Shown one piece after another: positions 8,320 to 18,949 of a stretch of 64,000 nucleotides of DNA; position 1 is the first letter of the stretch, and every line of letters starts with the position of its first letter. Origin of the DNA: Candidatus Levyibacteriota bacterium (GTDB lineage Bacteria > Patescibacteriota > Microgenomatia > Levybacterales > UBA12049); assembly GCA_029260965.1 (NCBI GenBank), contig JAJDCG010000001.1:248012-312011 (forward strand), in the 5' to 3' direction. The notes below the pieces were generated by a model. That model ran no database searches, was not told the DNA's origin, and was given only the letters and a program-made list of their open reading frames with translations. A program made the translations under genes and the position numbers.

Positions 8320-10821
8320 ATGAAAAAAATACTGTCCATTTTTTTGTTTTTTATTTTTACGATAGGAATATTTTTAACACCTGGATTGGTGCATGCTCAA
8401 AGCATACCGCCAGGTCTGCAGCTTGATACCATATCAAATCCAGGCGGTGAGGGTACTCGCTGGACACCTGATCCTGAAGTAACCTTTGTAGGACGTAATG
8501 CTGCGAGGTCTGGACTTCTTTTGGATTGGACACTCAGGAATTATAATTGGGTTTGTGTTTCAAAGGCCGATCCTAGCGCAAGGGTTTGTGACAATAGCAA
8601 TAACCCCTTGCGGACTTTTTGGACAAGGATTGTTTTTAATATCGTAACCCCACTTCTTTTCTTGGTAGTTATGGCAGCTGCCATAATTCTTATCGTTACT
8701 CGTGGGCGTTCTATTACTATAATGCGTTTTTTGCCAAGATTTATCATTATTGTTTTATTGGTGGCATTTTCGTTTTCTCTTGTAAGTTTTATTTATCAAT
8801 TTACAGATGCGATACAAGGCTTTTTCTTGGCGCCACCTGATGCAACTAGTACAAATCCAGGAGACCCTTGTCCTCCGAATTGTATTTCAAATGCAGATCT
8901 TCTTTTTGTGGGTTGGCCATATGAAGAATTTGTGGGGCTTCGAGCAATTGGCGATGACAAGTCAGAGGCTATATATACAACTCTTCTTCTGACTAAATTG
9001 ACAGCTTTTACGTATTATGTGATGTGGGGAATGCTTACACTTAGGAAGATAATACTATGGTTTTTTATAGTTGTATCACCTGTTTTTCCTCTTCTCCTTT
9101 TTTTCTATCCTGTACGCAACACAGCAAAAATTTGGATAGGTGAATTTTTTCGTTGGACATTATATGGACCTCTTTTTGCAATTTTTCTCAGCGGATTGGT
9201 TTTTATGTGGACTCAAAAGATACCTGTTGATATATCGACAGATATCGGAGTAAGGTCGCAAACTCCGACAACGACTAATTTGGCAGGTGAAACAGTACCA
9301 ATTATTTTCCCTACAGCTGTAAATATACTTCTGGGAGGCCCCCAGCAATTCGTGGAACCAGCTAATAATGTCAATAAAACTGAAACTTTTGCCCTTTATA
9401 TTGTCGCACTTCTTATGCTTTGGGGAGTTATTATTATGCCGTGGATACTTCTAAGAATTTTTCTTAGCGAAGCAGCAGGTGTTGGCAAGGTGGGGAGTGC
9501 TGCGGTCAATCAATTCGTGGGTAAGGTTAGGAATAAAATTGGACCATCACCAGGTAAGTCTCCTGATGGTGGGGGTAGGGCACTAAACCTGCCGTTTGCA
9601 AAGAAGTTTAGTCCACCGACTCCCCCAGCAGGTGGTGCTGGTCTGGCACGTGAAATACCACGTGATGTATCTGAGTCAAGAGCTGCAAAGAATGTATATA
9701 TGCCTTCTGCTCAGGTAAAAGCACAGGTATTGACTGCTGCAAACGTGAATCTGCCTACTTTGCGAGACATAGCAAAATATGATAGTTCGTTAATGAATCG
9801 TGACCAACAAGGGGAGATAACAAGGCTCCGTCAAAACTTGTCAAAGATTGCGAATCCTGCATCTAGCTCAACTTCAACAGAGCGTGAAAAGTATACACAA
9901 ATAAGAGAAAAGCTCACGCGGGAGAGTATGAGTGGAAATATACTGGCAACCTCTATTCTTAATGCAGCAAATAGCGCTACAAGGCATACAGCTCAGGTAA
10001 CTACTACACAGGTAAGAAGTATGCTTTCACAAGTTGCGAACCCTCAGTCAGCTACAACTCCAGTCATCAACAGGGAAAAACTGGAAAGCATGAATAGATC
10101 GCTCACGAAAGCAAAAGAAGAAGGCAATTCACTAGCTATTGCTGCGCTTTCAGTCACAGATAAGACGTCTGAGGCAGAGGTAGAGAAATTACAGGAGCGG
10201 ATCCGTACAGCTCGAGAAAAGCAGGATCCAATTGCATTGGAGCTTTCAGAATTAACAGATCAGAAGTCGTCGATTCCCGCAGTTAATCGTGTTCAGACGG
10301 TTAGTAGGGCAGATTATGAGGCAGTTAAAGATCTTTGGAAGGAGAACTATCACAATCAGGAGGTTCCTCAGCAGATGGGGTCACGTACAGAGTGGATTAA
10401 GAAAGATACAGAAAAAATAGAAAATATAATAAAGCTGCTTTCTTCGCAAAACGAAGAAGAAGTTACAAAAGGAGTTGGGGAAGTATCAGATATTCTTCCA
10501 TTCCTACTTGTTGGTGGATTTTCCCAGACAGAAATTGTTTCATACCTCAAAGCAAAAGAAGAGGCTGGACAAGAGATGGTTAAACAGCTCGAGAAGGAAG
10601 AAGAGGAGAAAGTTGTGGTAAAGGTAGGTAAAAAGACAGAGCAAAAAGAACAGGCTATGCACATGGAACAGACGATCCCTGATGAAGAAAATAAACCAGG
10701 TGGGACTAGTTCATCACCAGCTGAACCCGAGGATGCACTTGTGGGGGTAGAGAATCAGTCTCAAGAACAAAGGGATCAGGATAAACAATCTAACAATGAT
10801 GACAGTGCAGACAAAAAATAA
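8320..10821 (+). CDS. Large polytopic membrane protein (VirB6/TrbL-like?) with a pilin-like N-terminal module and a long coiled-coil/acidic C-terminal domain
   Basis: 833 aa. The signal peptide is followed by a Cys pair (VCVSKADPSARVC), then a hydrophobic helix plus TRGRS, resembling the pilin core. About five more TM helices follow, then roughly 430 aa of hydrophilic S/T/E/K-rich coiled-coil-like sequence. The gap to the upstream pilin gene is 5 nt. Confidence 0.4.
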   Translation: MKKILSIFLFFIFTIGIFLTPGLVHAQSIPPGLQLDTISNPGGEGTRWTPDPEVTFVGRNAARSGLLLDWTLRNYNWVCVSKADPSARVCDNSNNPLRTFWTRIVFNIVTPLLFLVVMAAAIILIVTRGRSITIMRFLPRFIIIVLLVAFSFSLVSFIYQFTDAIQGFFLAPPDATSTNPGDPCPPNCISNADLLFVGWPYEEFVGLRAIGDDKSEAIYTTLLLTKLTAFTYYVMWGMLTLRKIILWFFIVVSPVFPLLLFFYPVRNTAKIWIGEFFRWTLYGPLFAIFLSGLVFMWTQKIPVDISTDIGVRSQTPTTTNLAGETVPIIFPTAVNILLGGPQQFVEPANNVNKTETFALYIVALLMLWGVIIMPWILLRIFLSEAAGVGKVGSAAVNQFVGKVRNKIGPSPGKSPDGGGRALNLPFAKKFSPPTPPAGGAGLAREIPRDVSESRAAKNVYMPSAQVKAQVLTAANVNLPTLRDIAKYDSSLMNRDQQGEITRLRQNLSKIANPASSSTSTEREKYTQIREKLTRESMSGNILATSILNAANSATRHTAQVTTTQVRSMLSQVANPQSATTPVINREKLESMNRSLTKAKEEGNSLAIAALSVTDKTSEAEVEKLQERIRTAREKQDPIALELSELTDQKSSIPAVNRVQTVSRADYEAVKDLWKENYHNQEVPQQMGSRTEWIKKDTEKIENIIKLLSSQNEEEVTKGVGEVSDILPFLLVGGFSQTEIVSYLKAKEEAGQEMVKQLEKEEEEKVVVKVGKKTEQKEQAMHMEQTIPDEENKPGGTSSSPAEPEDALVGVENQSQEQRDQDKQSNNDDSADKK

Positions 10822-10867
10822 AACTTGTTGTTTTACCAAATTTGTTGTTTAATAGAGGTATAGGTCT

Positions 10868-13800
10868 ATGTTTGGTACTCTTTTCAATCAAAAAAATGAT
10901 AATGAAGAAAAAAAACCTGTCCCATCCGGACAAGACGCCTCTGTTGCAACTGGGTCTACTCCCGTTCAGGATCAAACTACTCCTATTGGTCTAGCCAATA
11001 ATCAAGATCAGACATCTGCACAGTCGACAGAAAGTGTGGGAGTACCACAGTCGCAGGAAGGACAACAGCAAGCTCCATCAGGAACCCCAACCCAACCAGG
11101 CGCTGTGCAAAAGGACGATGATACAACTGGGGCGAATCCAGTTCAGAATCAGGGCATGTCTGCTCTTTCGCATCTTGATCCACGTGCAGCTCAGGTTTTG
11201 ACACATGCGCAAGAGGAAACCAAGCGTATCAAACAGCAGTTTATTGAGCCAGACCAGCTCCTTTTTGGACTTTTATATGATGATCAGATCTACAAGATTG
11301 CTGCCAAGTTCAAAGTAGATAGTGGAGTAATTTCAAAAGAAATCCAAGCTCGTGAGAAGATGGGAGCCTACCATGGCCAGCCAACCTTGAGTCAGATATC
11401 GCAACAAATTTTCGAACAAAGCTATAGAGATGCAAAAATGAGAGGTTCCAATTTTGTTTCGCCTGAGGACATACTTGTTACGCTTTGTGCGCCGACTACA
11501 GATACAGGAAAATATCTTGAATCTCGTGGATTTAAGAAAGAGGCTGTTGTAGACACTCTTTCAAAAGACACTAATCTCAACTACAGCAAGAAGACTGTAC
11601 TTGAAAAATACGGAACCGATCTTACTGAAGAGGCTCGCGCAGGCAGGTTGGATCCTATTGCTGGACGTGATCAGGAAATTGACCGTATGGTGCATATTCT
11701 TCTCAGACGCACCAAGAACAATCCGATTATTATCGGTGAGACCGGAGTTGGAAAGACAGCAATTGTTGAGGGGCTTGCGCAAGCAATAGCCAAGGGAGAT
11801 GTTCCACAAGAATTGAAAGATAAGAGAGTGTTTCAGTTGGATGTTGCATCTTTAGTTGCGGGAGCATCACATAGAGGAGAGTTTGAGGAGAGGCTCAGAA
11901 GTGTCATCAATGAAGTTTTGTCATCAAACAATCAGATAGTTCTTTTTGTTGATGAGGTCCATTCATTGCTGGGAACAGGAGAGGGTGAGGGAGTAAGTGC
12001 TGCCAATATTATAAAACCACATCTTGCCCGTGGTCATTTTCAGATGATTGGTGCAACCACAACCATTGAATACCGAAAAAACTTTGAGAAAGATAAGGCT
12101 TTTGAAAGGCGTTTTCAGCCTGTGACAGCAGAAGAGCCATCAGAGGAAAATGCATTTCTCATGCTTAAAGTTCTCAGACCAAAGTACGAGAAATTCCACA
12201 AAGTAACCATACCTGATGAAACGCTCAAGGAATGTGTCAAGCTTTCCAAAAAATACATTGGCGAGCGATATCTTCCTGATAAAGCAGTTGATTTACTTGA
12301 CGAGGGCGCATCAGATGTGAAGCTGATGGCGGATGAGGGAAGACGTAAAGATACAACCCTGAGAAAAGAAGACGTAGAAAAAGTTGTAAGTAACTGGACA
12401 GGAATTCCAATAACAAAGCTGACAGAGGATGAATCTGAGAAACTTCTTAAACTTGAAGATAGAATTCATCATCGCTTGATTGATCAGATGGAGGCAGTGG
12501 TTGCTGTTTCTGAAGCTGTAAGACGCGGAAGGATAGGTCTGGCATCTGCTAATCGGCCGATTGCATCATTTGTCTTTCTCGGTCCAACAGGTGTTGGTAA
12601 AACAGAGCTTGCAAAGACTTTGGCTGAGCTTCTTTTTGGACGTGATGATGCTATGGCAAGACTGGACATGTCTGAATACATGGAGAAACATGAGGTTGCT
12701 AAATTAATTGGTGCGCCTCCTGGTTATGTTGGTTATGAAGAGGGTGGTCAGTTAACAGAGGCGGTTCGGAAAAAACCATATTCAATAGTTCTTCTTGATG
12801 AGATTGAGAAGGCACATCCAGATGTGTTTAATATTCTTCTTCAGCTCCTGGAGGATGGGAGGCTTACTGATAATAAAGGTAACACAATATCATTCAAAAA
12901 CACCATTGTTATTTGTACGTCAAATATCGGAAGTTCCATGATTCAGCAAGAACTTTCAAAAACAGATAAAAACGTGAAACATACACCAGAACAAAATGCT
13001 GAATCGTTTAAGCATCTTCAGGGATTAGTAAAGGAGGAGCTTATTAAATTCTTCAGGCCAGAGCTTCTTAACCGATTTGATGATGTTGTTATTTTTAAGC
13101 CCCTTTTGCAGGAACATATGGCAGGTATAGCAAGGCTTGGGATTAAAAAAACCGCTGGTCTTCTCAAGGAGCAGGGTTTCGTTCTTCAGTGTACAGAAAA
13201 AGCTATAGCACAGCTTGCTAAAGATGGTTATGATCCTGTCTATGGTGCGCGTCCATTGAGAAGACTTATCCAGACAGCAGTTGAAAATCCTGTGGCTATT
13301 GCTATTATTTCCAAGAAATTTGCGGTAGGAGACACAATAGTTGTTGATTATGATTCAGGTAAAAATGAGTTTGTATTTAAAAAGGGTGCATCAGCGAGTG
13401 AGAATATAAATCCGAAAAAAATTCTTCTTGAAATTGTCAACCCAGGTGATATTAAAGACAAAGCGAAGAAGGATCAATTTACCAAACTTCATGACGATTT
13501 GGTCGTAAAGAGTAAGGGAGGAGATAGTCTCGCAAGTTCTATTATGTCTATAACTCCTGATACGTCTGATGAAACAATTAAAGAGATTCTTGATAATTTG
13601 GAAAAAGCAAAACAAGGTGGAGACATGCTCTTTACTGATGTGTTGACAGCAGTTAATGCTGAAATGGCTGAGGAGGCAGAGGAGGCGCATGAGGCAGAAC
13701 CTGTGACTAAATTTAAAAAACTTCTTCAGCAGGTCATAAACCCTCTTTATTTGTCCGCACCAGGAAACAAAGAGAGGTTTAGTGCTCTTTATGACAAGTT

Positions 13801-14578
13801 ATCTGTTGCCAATCAGGAGGGCAATAAGTTGGCAGGTTCAATACTGGCGATAACTGACATTACTTCAGATGAAGACATAGCTGTTATCAAAAAGCAACTT
13901 GAGGAGGCAAAAGCACAAAATGATCCTTTTGCAACAGAAGTTCTTGCAGTTCTTGAAGCAGGCACAAAAACGGATGAGGTTGCTAAGTTGCGTGAGACTG
14001 TAGGATTTATCGTGAACCCGATTACTGCTGAAAGCTCAGCAAAGAAAACACAGTATGATGAGATTAGGGTAAAGCTAGCGGCGCTTTCTGAGAAAGGAAA
14101 TGCTGTGGCATCTGCTGTTATGGGAGTAAGTGATGCAACTACCGATGATCAGTTGATTCTTATTAAGACTCAGATTGAAAACGGTAGAAATAGTAATGAC
14201 GAGGCAGCTCTCCTTCTTTCAAATGTCTTGTCTATGTCACCAGCGGTTCAGGATGCGCAGGTGCAGATGGCCAAACAGAATACAGGTGCACAGCCGAAGG
14301 ATCCTAATCAGGCATATCCATTTGGTCCAGGGCAGCAATCTCCGCAGCCGATTCAGCCTTCTGTTGCTGGAGCTGCTCAGACTATGCCTGAGGGGGGTGC
14401 TTCTGCGCGGGTTCAGACTGATGGACAATCAGTAGGTGGTCCTACATTTCAGTCGCCTGTTCAGGATGGTGGAGCAGTTGCACAAGGGGCAGGCATGGCA
14501 GCTCTAAATGAGCAGTTAGAGAGGGATAATCAGATTATAAATAATCAACTTGAATCCGAAGGCGAAAGTATCGCGTAG
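10868..14578 (+). CDS. clpC: ClpC-like Hsp100 AAA+ ATPase with a Q/T-rich N-terminal region and a roughly 400-aa C-terminal extension
   Basis: Clp_N repeat (LFGLLYDD). D1 carries Walker [16 protein letters not shown] and Walker B LFVDEVH. A short ClpC-type linker follows. D2 carries [17 protein letters not shown] and [28 protein letters not shown], with the sensor-2 GARPLRR. Beyond the usual ClpC end there are three tandem repeats of about 90 aa and a G/Q/P-rich tail. A GAGGT RBS lies 10 nt upstream. Confidence 0.85.
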   Translation: MFGTLFNQKNDNEEKKPVPSGQDASVATGSTPVQDQTTPIGLANNQDQTSAQSTESVGVPQSQEGQQQAPSGTPTQPGAVQKDDDTTGANPVQNQGMSALSHLDPRAAQVLTHAQEETKRIKQQFIEPDQLLFGLLYDDQIYKIAAKFKVDSGVISKEIQAREKMGAYHGQPTLSQISQQIFEQSYRDAKMRGSNFVSPEDILVTLCAPTTDTGKYLESRGFKKEAVVDTLSKDTNLNYSKKTVLEKYGTDLTEEARAGRLDPIAGRDQEIDRMVHILLRRTKNNPIIIGETGVGKTAIVEGLAQAIAKGDVPQELKDKRVFQLDVASLVAGASHRGEFEERLRSVINEVLSSNNQIVLFVDEVHSLLGTGEGEGVSAANIIKPHLARGHFQMIGATTTIEYRKNFEKDKAFERRFQPVTAEEPSEENAFLMLKVLRPKYEKFHKVTIPDETLKECVKLSKKYIGERYLPDKAVDLLDEGASDVKLMADEGRRKDTTLRKEDVEKVVSNWTGIPITKLTEDESEKLLKLEDRIHHRLIDQMEAVVAVSEAVRRGRIGLASANRPIASFVFLGPTGVGKTELAKTLAELLFGRDDAMARLDMSEYMEKHEVAKLIGAPPGYVGYEEGGQLTEAVRKKPYSIVLLDEIEKAHPDVFNILLQLLEDGRLTDNKGNTISFKNTIVICTSNIGSSMIQQELSKTDKNVKHTPEQNAESFKHLQGLVKEELIKFFRPELLNRFDDVVIFKPLLQEHMAGIARLGIKKTAGLLKEQGFVLQCTEKAIAQLAKDGYDPVYGARPLRRLIQTAVENPVAIAIISKKFAVGDTIVVDYDSGKNEFVFKKGASASENINPKKILLEIVNPGDIKDKAKKDQFTKLHDDLVVKSKGGDSLASSIMSITPDTSDETIKEILDNLEKAKQGGDMLFTDVLTAVNAEMAEEAEEAHEAEPVTKFKKLLQQVINPLYLSAPGNKERFSALYDKLSVANQEGNKLAGSILAITDITSDEDIAVIKKQLEEAKAQNDPFATEVLAVLEAGTKTDEVAKLRETVGFIVNPITAESSAKKTQYDEIRVKLAALSEKGNAVASAVMGVSDATTDDQLILIKTQIENGRNSNDEAALLLSNVLSMSPAVQDAQVQMAKQNTGAQPKDPNQAYPFGPGQQSPQPIQPSVAGAAQTMPEGGASARVQTDGQSVGGPTFQSPVQDGGAVAQGAGMAALNEQLERDNQIINNQLESEGESIA
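13415..14255 (+). repeat. Three tandem repeats of about 270 bp (about 90 aa) coding within the ClpC-like C-terminal extension
   Basis: The repeat units [10 protein letters not shown]...[43 protein letters not shown]...[33 protein letters not shown] and [10 protein letters not shown]...[32 protein letters not shown] share the pattern [IV]NP...G..LA.S[IV]..[IV][ST]D.TSD[ED].I. Confidence 0.7.
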
Positions 14579-14863
14579 TGAATGACAAAGGCAAAGGAAT
14601 TCTTCAGTTACAAATAAAATTCAAAATTTAAAATCAACATTTTTACTAATCCACTTAGATCTGATTATGGCTCTATTTCAGAGATGGAAGAAGCAAGACT
14701 TGCTAGAATTAATCTAGAATTTGCAATAATATATTTTTTAAATCTGAATCAGTATTTACAGGTTTTGGATCTCTAGGATTAAATTCGATCGTAGAATGCA
14801 TCAATGAATAAAAGCTTCTGTTTGTAATTTGTCTACCCACAACTTATACTAAAAGTACTGTCT

Positions 14864-15193
14864 ATGGGAAGTTATGCATTTTTACCGTTGGTTTTTTTGA
14901 GGTTTTGGTTTTTTGAGGCGCCATTGGGTTTGATAAAATATTTTTTATCTTTGAACACAGCTTTTTTTGAGCTTTTCTCATTGCCTCTTTTGATAAGAAC
15001 CTATTTCCAGCCACTTAAAAATGAGTATAGGAAGGGGCTGGTTGGTTTTTCCCGCAGTATGGGTATTGCGGTCAAGACTGTTCTTATTTTTGTCGATTTG
15101 TTAATTTTTATTCCACTTTTGATTTTTGAGACTGTGGTAATAGTTTTGTTTTTTCTATTTCCGATAATTACAGTGGCGCTGTTGTTTTATTGA
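14864..15193 (+). CDS. Small hydrophobic membrane protein
   Basis: 109 aa with three to four TM segments. Its stop codon overlaps the start region of the downstream Clp paralog. Confidence 0.35.
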   Translation: MGSYAFLPLVFLRFWFFEAPLGLIKYFLSLNTAFFELFSLPLLIRTYFQPLKNEYRKGLVGFSRSMGIAVKTVLIFVDLLIFIPLLIFETVVIVLFFLFPIITVALLFY

Positions 15194-15201
15194 CAGAGAC
15201 T

Positions 15202-17610
15202 ATGAAGGAGTACGCAAAAATTCACTATTTTTATACGAGAGCTATCACGAGAACTATACGTCTTTTTGTGTTTTCGATCCTAGCACTCTTTGTCTATCAG
15301 GGGGTTGAGAGTGCAGGTATTTCTAAAATTGTTGTTTTTCTTTTTAATGTTTTTGTGATGAATGAGGTATTTTTTCGCTACAAAATAGGACGCATAATGC
15401 CAGAAATGAAGCTTGAAAATAATAATGGAAAAGACATTTATAAATCGTTCACTCTACAGGCAATGTCACCATTTGTTACGGAAGGAAATCTGGAGGGGGT
15501 AATAAGCAAAATATTAGAGAAGCCAAAGATTAAAAAAATTATGCAGAAGATCAATCTGACTGAAGAGGAGTTGGTGTTTCCTGAAATTGATAAACAAACC
15601 CTCGCAAAAAGCGCTTATGATGCTGCAGTTACATTTGGGGCTAAGTATGTGACCACAGTTGATGTTTTTGCAGCCTATTTCTTCCTCATAGAAAGAGACA
15701 ATAAGTTACTTTTTGCGAAACAGCTAAAGCTGGATGATCTTATTAATATATTGCATTTTATAAGAGTGAAATATCCCGATGAAGAAGATCCAAAAAAAAG
15801 AAGAATTAGTATGTCTGGGTCTGGAATGGGAGAGGCTCTGGTTACAGGATGGACACCCGAGACCAAAAATTATACAAATAATTTTACCTCAACAGCACTC
15901 AAAGAAAGACCTAGCCTCAAAGGGCGGGAGGGGGAATTCAGAGGAATGCTTGAGGGTCTAATCAAATTTGATTCAAACAACGTTCTTTTGGTGGGTGATA
16001 TAGGATCAGGTAAAGAGAACTTAGTTAGAGCACTTGCATATTATAGTTTTGAGGGTAGTATCGGAAAATATTTGAATCATAAAAAAGTTCTGTACTTGAT
16101 GGTTGGGGCACTCACCGCTGGTGCTGTTAATAGATCTGATCTTGAAACAAGGCTACAGAGCATTATTGCAGAGGTGACTCATGCCCAAAATGTAATTCTC
16201 TACATTCCAGAATTCCAAAACATACTAGGTGGCACATCATACGGCATAGATCTGTCGGGAGCACTTCTTCCATATCTTAAATCAGGCGCGCTTCCTATTG
16301 TTGCGAGCATGACAACTGGTCAATACAAGTCTTATATGGAAAAAAATCCCCTGAGAGAAGCCTTTACAATCATTCATCTTAATGAGCCTGATGCTGATAT
16401 GGCAATTCAGATGGTGTTATCAGACGCAGAAAAAATTGAGAGGAAATACGGTGTAATACTCAGTTATCTCAGTATTGCAAGCGCAGTTGAGCTCTCGAGT
16501 CGTTTTCTTCAGGACCAGGTGCTTCCGGGTAGCGCCATATCACTTCTGTCTTCAGTTGCCAATAAAGTCTCCAGTTCAAAAGATGCTCCCAAATACGGTA
16601 AAACAAAAAAGAAAATAGTTCTTGAGGAACATGTTGTAGCAGCAGTAGAAAACGAGGCTAATGTTTCGATCGTTCTCCCGACAGGCGATGAAATAGAGCT
16701 TCTTTTACACTTGGAAGAAAAGCTTCACGAGCGCGTAATTGGCCAAGATGCAGCGGTAGAGGCAATATCAGAGGCTATGCGGCGTGTTCGGTCAGGTATA
16801 AAAACTAGTGAAAAACCTGTATCCTTTCTTTTTCTTGGTCCAACAGGTGTGGGTAAGACAGAAACAGCCAAAGCGTTGTCAGACTTTTATTTTGGTGGTG
16901 TGAAGAACATGACCAGGCTTGATATGAGCGAGTATGCAGATGAGGCAGGAGTGCGTCGTCTTCTTGGAGCGCCCCCTGGCGCTGGTACGGAGCGTGGAGA
17001 ACTTACAGACAAAATTCATGACCATCCATCAAGCCTAATTCTTTTGGATGAATTTGAGAAAGCAAATTCAGAGATTCATAATCTATTCTTGCAGGTTTTG
17101 GATGATGGCAGACTAACAGACAATAAAGGGCAGACAGTCAGTTTCCGAAACGCTATTATTATCGCGACGTCCAATGCTGGATCTGAATTTATACGTGAGC
17201 AGGTAGAGAAAGGGTTGGGTCTGGATAAGCTTTTTCAGCAAAAGCTTCTTGATCAGCTTCAAACAACTGGTATTTTTAGACCAGAGCTGTTGAATCGGTT
17301 TGATGACGTAGTTACATTTAAGCCACTTGATGATAAGCAGGTTGAGGATGTGGTTCGGTTAATACTTGCAAACTTAAGCCACAATATGGCTGATCAGGAC
17401 ATAGTGGTAAGTTTTGATGATGCGGTGGTAGAGAAAATTTCCAAGGAAGGTTACGACAAGGAGTTTGGTGCTCGCCCCCTCAAACGTTTTATTCAGGATA
17501 ACATAGAGGATATGATTGCTCAAAAACGTTTAACTAGAGAAATTGATAGAGGAAAAAAAGTCAGTTTCTCAGTTGATGGGACTGGAGCTATGAGTTTGGT
17601 TATTTCTTAA
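15202..17610 (+). CDS. Membrane-anchored Clp/Hsp100 paralog with a degenerate D1 ATPase module and an intact D2
   Basis: Two N-terminal TM helices (LFVFSILALFVYQGV and ISKIVVFLFNVFVMNEVFF) and a Clp_N-like repeat. At the D1 Walker A position the sequence is GDIGSGKENL, which lacks the Thr/Ser. At the D1 Walker B position it is ILYIPEFQNI in place of hhhhDE. D2 is canonical: [50 protein letters not shown]. The track ORF starts at a TTG at 15190; the ATG at 15202 is preferred. Confidence 0.75.
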   Translation: MKEYAKIHYFYTRAITRTIRLFVFSILALFVYQGVESAGISKIVVFLFNVFVMNEVFFRYKIGRIMPEMKLENNNGKDIYKSFTLQAMSPFVTEGNLEGVISKILEKPKIKKIMQKINLTEEELVFPEIDKQTLAKSAYDAAVTFGAKYVTTVDVFAAYFFLIERDNKLLFAKQLKLDDLINILHFIRVKYPDEEDPKKRRISMSGSGMGEALVTGWTPETKNYTNNFTSTALKERPSLKGREGEFRGMLEGLIKFDSNNVLLVGDIGSGKENLVRALAYYSFEGSIGKYLNHKKVLYLMVGALTAGAVNRSDLETRLQSIIAEVTHAQNVILYIPEFQNILGGTSYGIDLSGALLPYLKSGALPIVASMTTGQYKSYMEKNPLREAFTIIHLNEPDADMAIQMVLSDAEKIERKYGVILSYLSIASAVELSSRFLQDQVLPGSAISLLSSVANKVSSSKDAPKYGKTKKKIVLEEHVVAAVENEANVSIVLPTGDEIELLLHLEEKLHERVIGQDAAVEAISEAMRRVRSGIKTSEKPVSFLFLGPTGVGKTETAKALSDFYFGGVKNMTRLDMSEYADEAGVRRLLGAPPGAGTERGELTDKIHDHPSSLILLDEFEKANSEIHNLFLQVLDDGRLTDNKGQTVSFRNAIIIATSNAGSEFIREQVEKGLGLDKLFQQKLLDQLQTTGIFRPELLNRFDDVVTFKPLDDKQVEDVVRLILANLSHNMADQDIVVSFDDAVVEKISKEGYDKEFGARPLKRFIQDNIEDMIAQKRLTREIDRGKKVSFSVDGTGAMSLVIS

Positions 17611-17632
17611 ACAAACTTCAACCTTGTGAGAT

Positions 17633-18835
17633 TTGCCTCGATTTGCTATACTTACCGATACTATGCCGGCAGTACAAAGATCAGAATTTTCATTGGCACT
17701 AAATCAAATCGCCTCAGAGCGAGGAGTTGATGTTGATGTTGTTCTAGATACAGTTCAGAATGCTATTTTAGCTGCATACCGCAAAGATCATCCCGGTGTT
17801 GAGGTGGAAGACTACAGGGCTGAGTTGAACCCACAGACAGGTGAGGCACATATATTTGAGGGAGATAAAGATGTAACACCCCCCGGTTTTGGGCGCATAG
17901 CTGCACAGACTGCGAAACAGGTTATTTTGCAAAAGATCCGAGAGAAGGAAAAAGAAGCCATATTTTCTGATTACAGAGACAAGGTTGGTACTGTGCTCAA
18001 CGGAATGATTCTCCGCTTTGCAGGCCCTAATATTATTGTTGATATTGGAAAGACTGAGGCTATATATCCAGTTGTTGAACAGATTGCAGGTGAGAGATAT
18101 CATCTAAATCAAAGACTTTCTTTTTATCTTCTTGATATTCGAGAGGGTGCAAAGGGAGAAGAAATTGTTTTATCACGAGCTGCAAATGGATTTGTTGAAG
18201 GTTTGTTTAAAAGAGAGGTTCCTGAGATTGCGCAGGGATCAGTTGAGATTAAAGCAATTGTCCGTGAGCCAGGAAATAGATCAAAAGTTGCAGTATTTTC
18301 AGCACAACCAGGTATTGATCCTGTTGGTTCATGTGTTGGTCAGAAAGGTGTCCGTGTGCAGTCTATTATTCAAGAGTTGGGAGGAATTGAAAAGGTTGAC
18401 ATAATCCAGTGGGTAGAGGAACCGAAATCATACATTGCCCAATCTCTTTCTCCCGCCAAAAATGTGTCAGTAGAGATTGATGAAAAAGAGAAAGTAGCAC
18501 ATGTTGCTGTTCCCGCTGAAGAACTCTCACTTGCTATTGGCAAGGATGGTCAAAACGTTCGTCTTGCTCACAAATTGACAGGATACAGAATTGAGATTGA
18601 GGGAATTGCTTCTGCTTCTAATGAGGCTGAAGCGATAGTAAAAACAGAAAAAACAGTTGAAGAACCACCAGCTGTGAAGTTGGAAGATTCAGATAGCAAA
18701 GAAGAAAAAATTGAGACCCCAAAAGTTGAAGAATCAATAAACGAACCAGAAGCAGTAACGGATGAGACCCCTAAAAAAGATTCCGAAAAGACAGATCAAG
18801 CCGAGCCTGAGGTTGAAGATAAAAAAGAGGAATAA
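17633..18835 (+). CDS. nusA: Transcription termination/antitermination factor NusA
   Basis: N-terminal domain followed by S1 and two KH domains (GSCVGQKGVRVQSIIQELGGIEKVDII). The C-terminal tail is acidic and K/E-rich. Confidence 0.9.
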   Translation: MPRFAILTDTMPAVQRSEFSLALNQIASERGVDVDVVLDTVQNAILAAYRKDHPGVEVEDYRAELNPQTGEAHIFEGDKDVTPPGFGRIAAQTAKQVILQKIREKEKEAIFSDYRDKVGTVLNGMILRFAGPNIIVDIGKTEAIYPVVEQIAGERYHLNQRLSFYLLDIREGAKGEEIVLSRAANGFVEGLFKREVPEIAQGSVEIKAIVREPGNRSKVAVFSAQPGIDPVGSCVGQKGVRVQSIIQELGGIEKVDIIQWVEEPKSYIAQSLSPAKNVSVEIDEKEKVAHVAVPAEELSLAIGKDGQNVRLAHKLTGYRIEIEGIASASNEAEAIVKTEKTVEEPPAVKLEDSDSKEEKIETPKVEESINEPEAVTDETPKKDSEKTDQAEPEVEDKKEE

Positions 18836-18949
18836 TTTCTAAATGACAAAATTTTTTTTATCTTTTAAAAATTTGCATTTTGATAATATTTCGAATTTCG
18901 ACCTTGCTTGTCAGCAGGTAGGTATTCGAATTGCGAATTTAAAAAAAAT

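Noticed and set aside
10822-10867. CtsR operator (GGTCAAA heptad repeat) upstream of the clpC-like gene
   Set aside because: There is only a TTGTTGTTT direct repeat and no GGTCAAA-type heptads.
14864-15201. Possibility that the 109-aa membrane ORF and the downstream Clp paralog are one frameshifted gene
   Set aside because: They are in different frames with a clean TGA stop. The Clp paralog has its own two TM helices after its start, so no fusion is needed to explain the membrane anchor.
18908-18949. Longer N-terminal extensions of infB (18908), the Clp paralog (15190) and the RT (57554)
   Set aside because: These track ORFs begin at TTG codons. For infB and the Clp paralog I preferred the downstream ATGs (18950, 15202), and for the RT the adjacent ATG at 57557.
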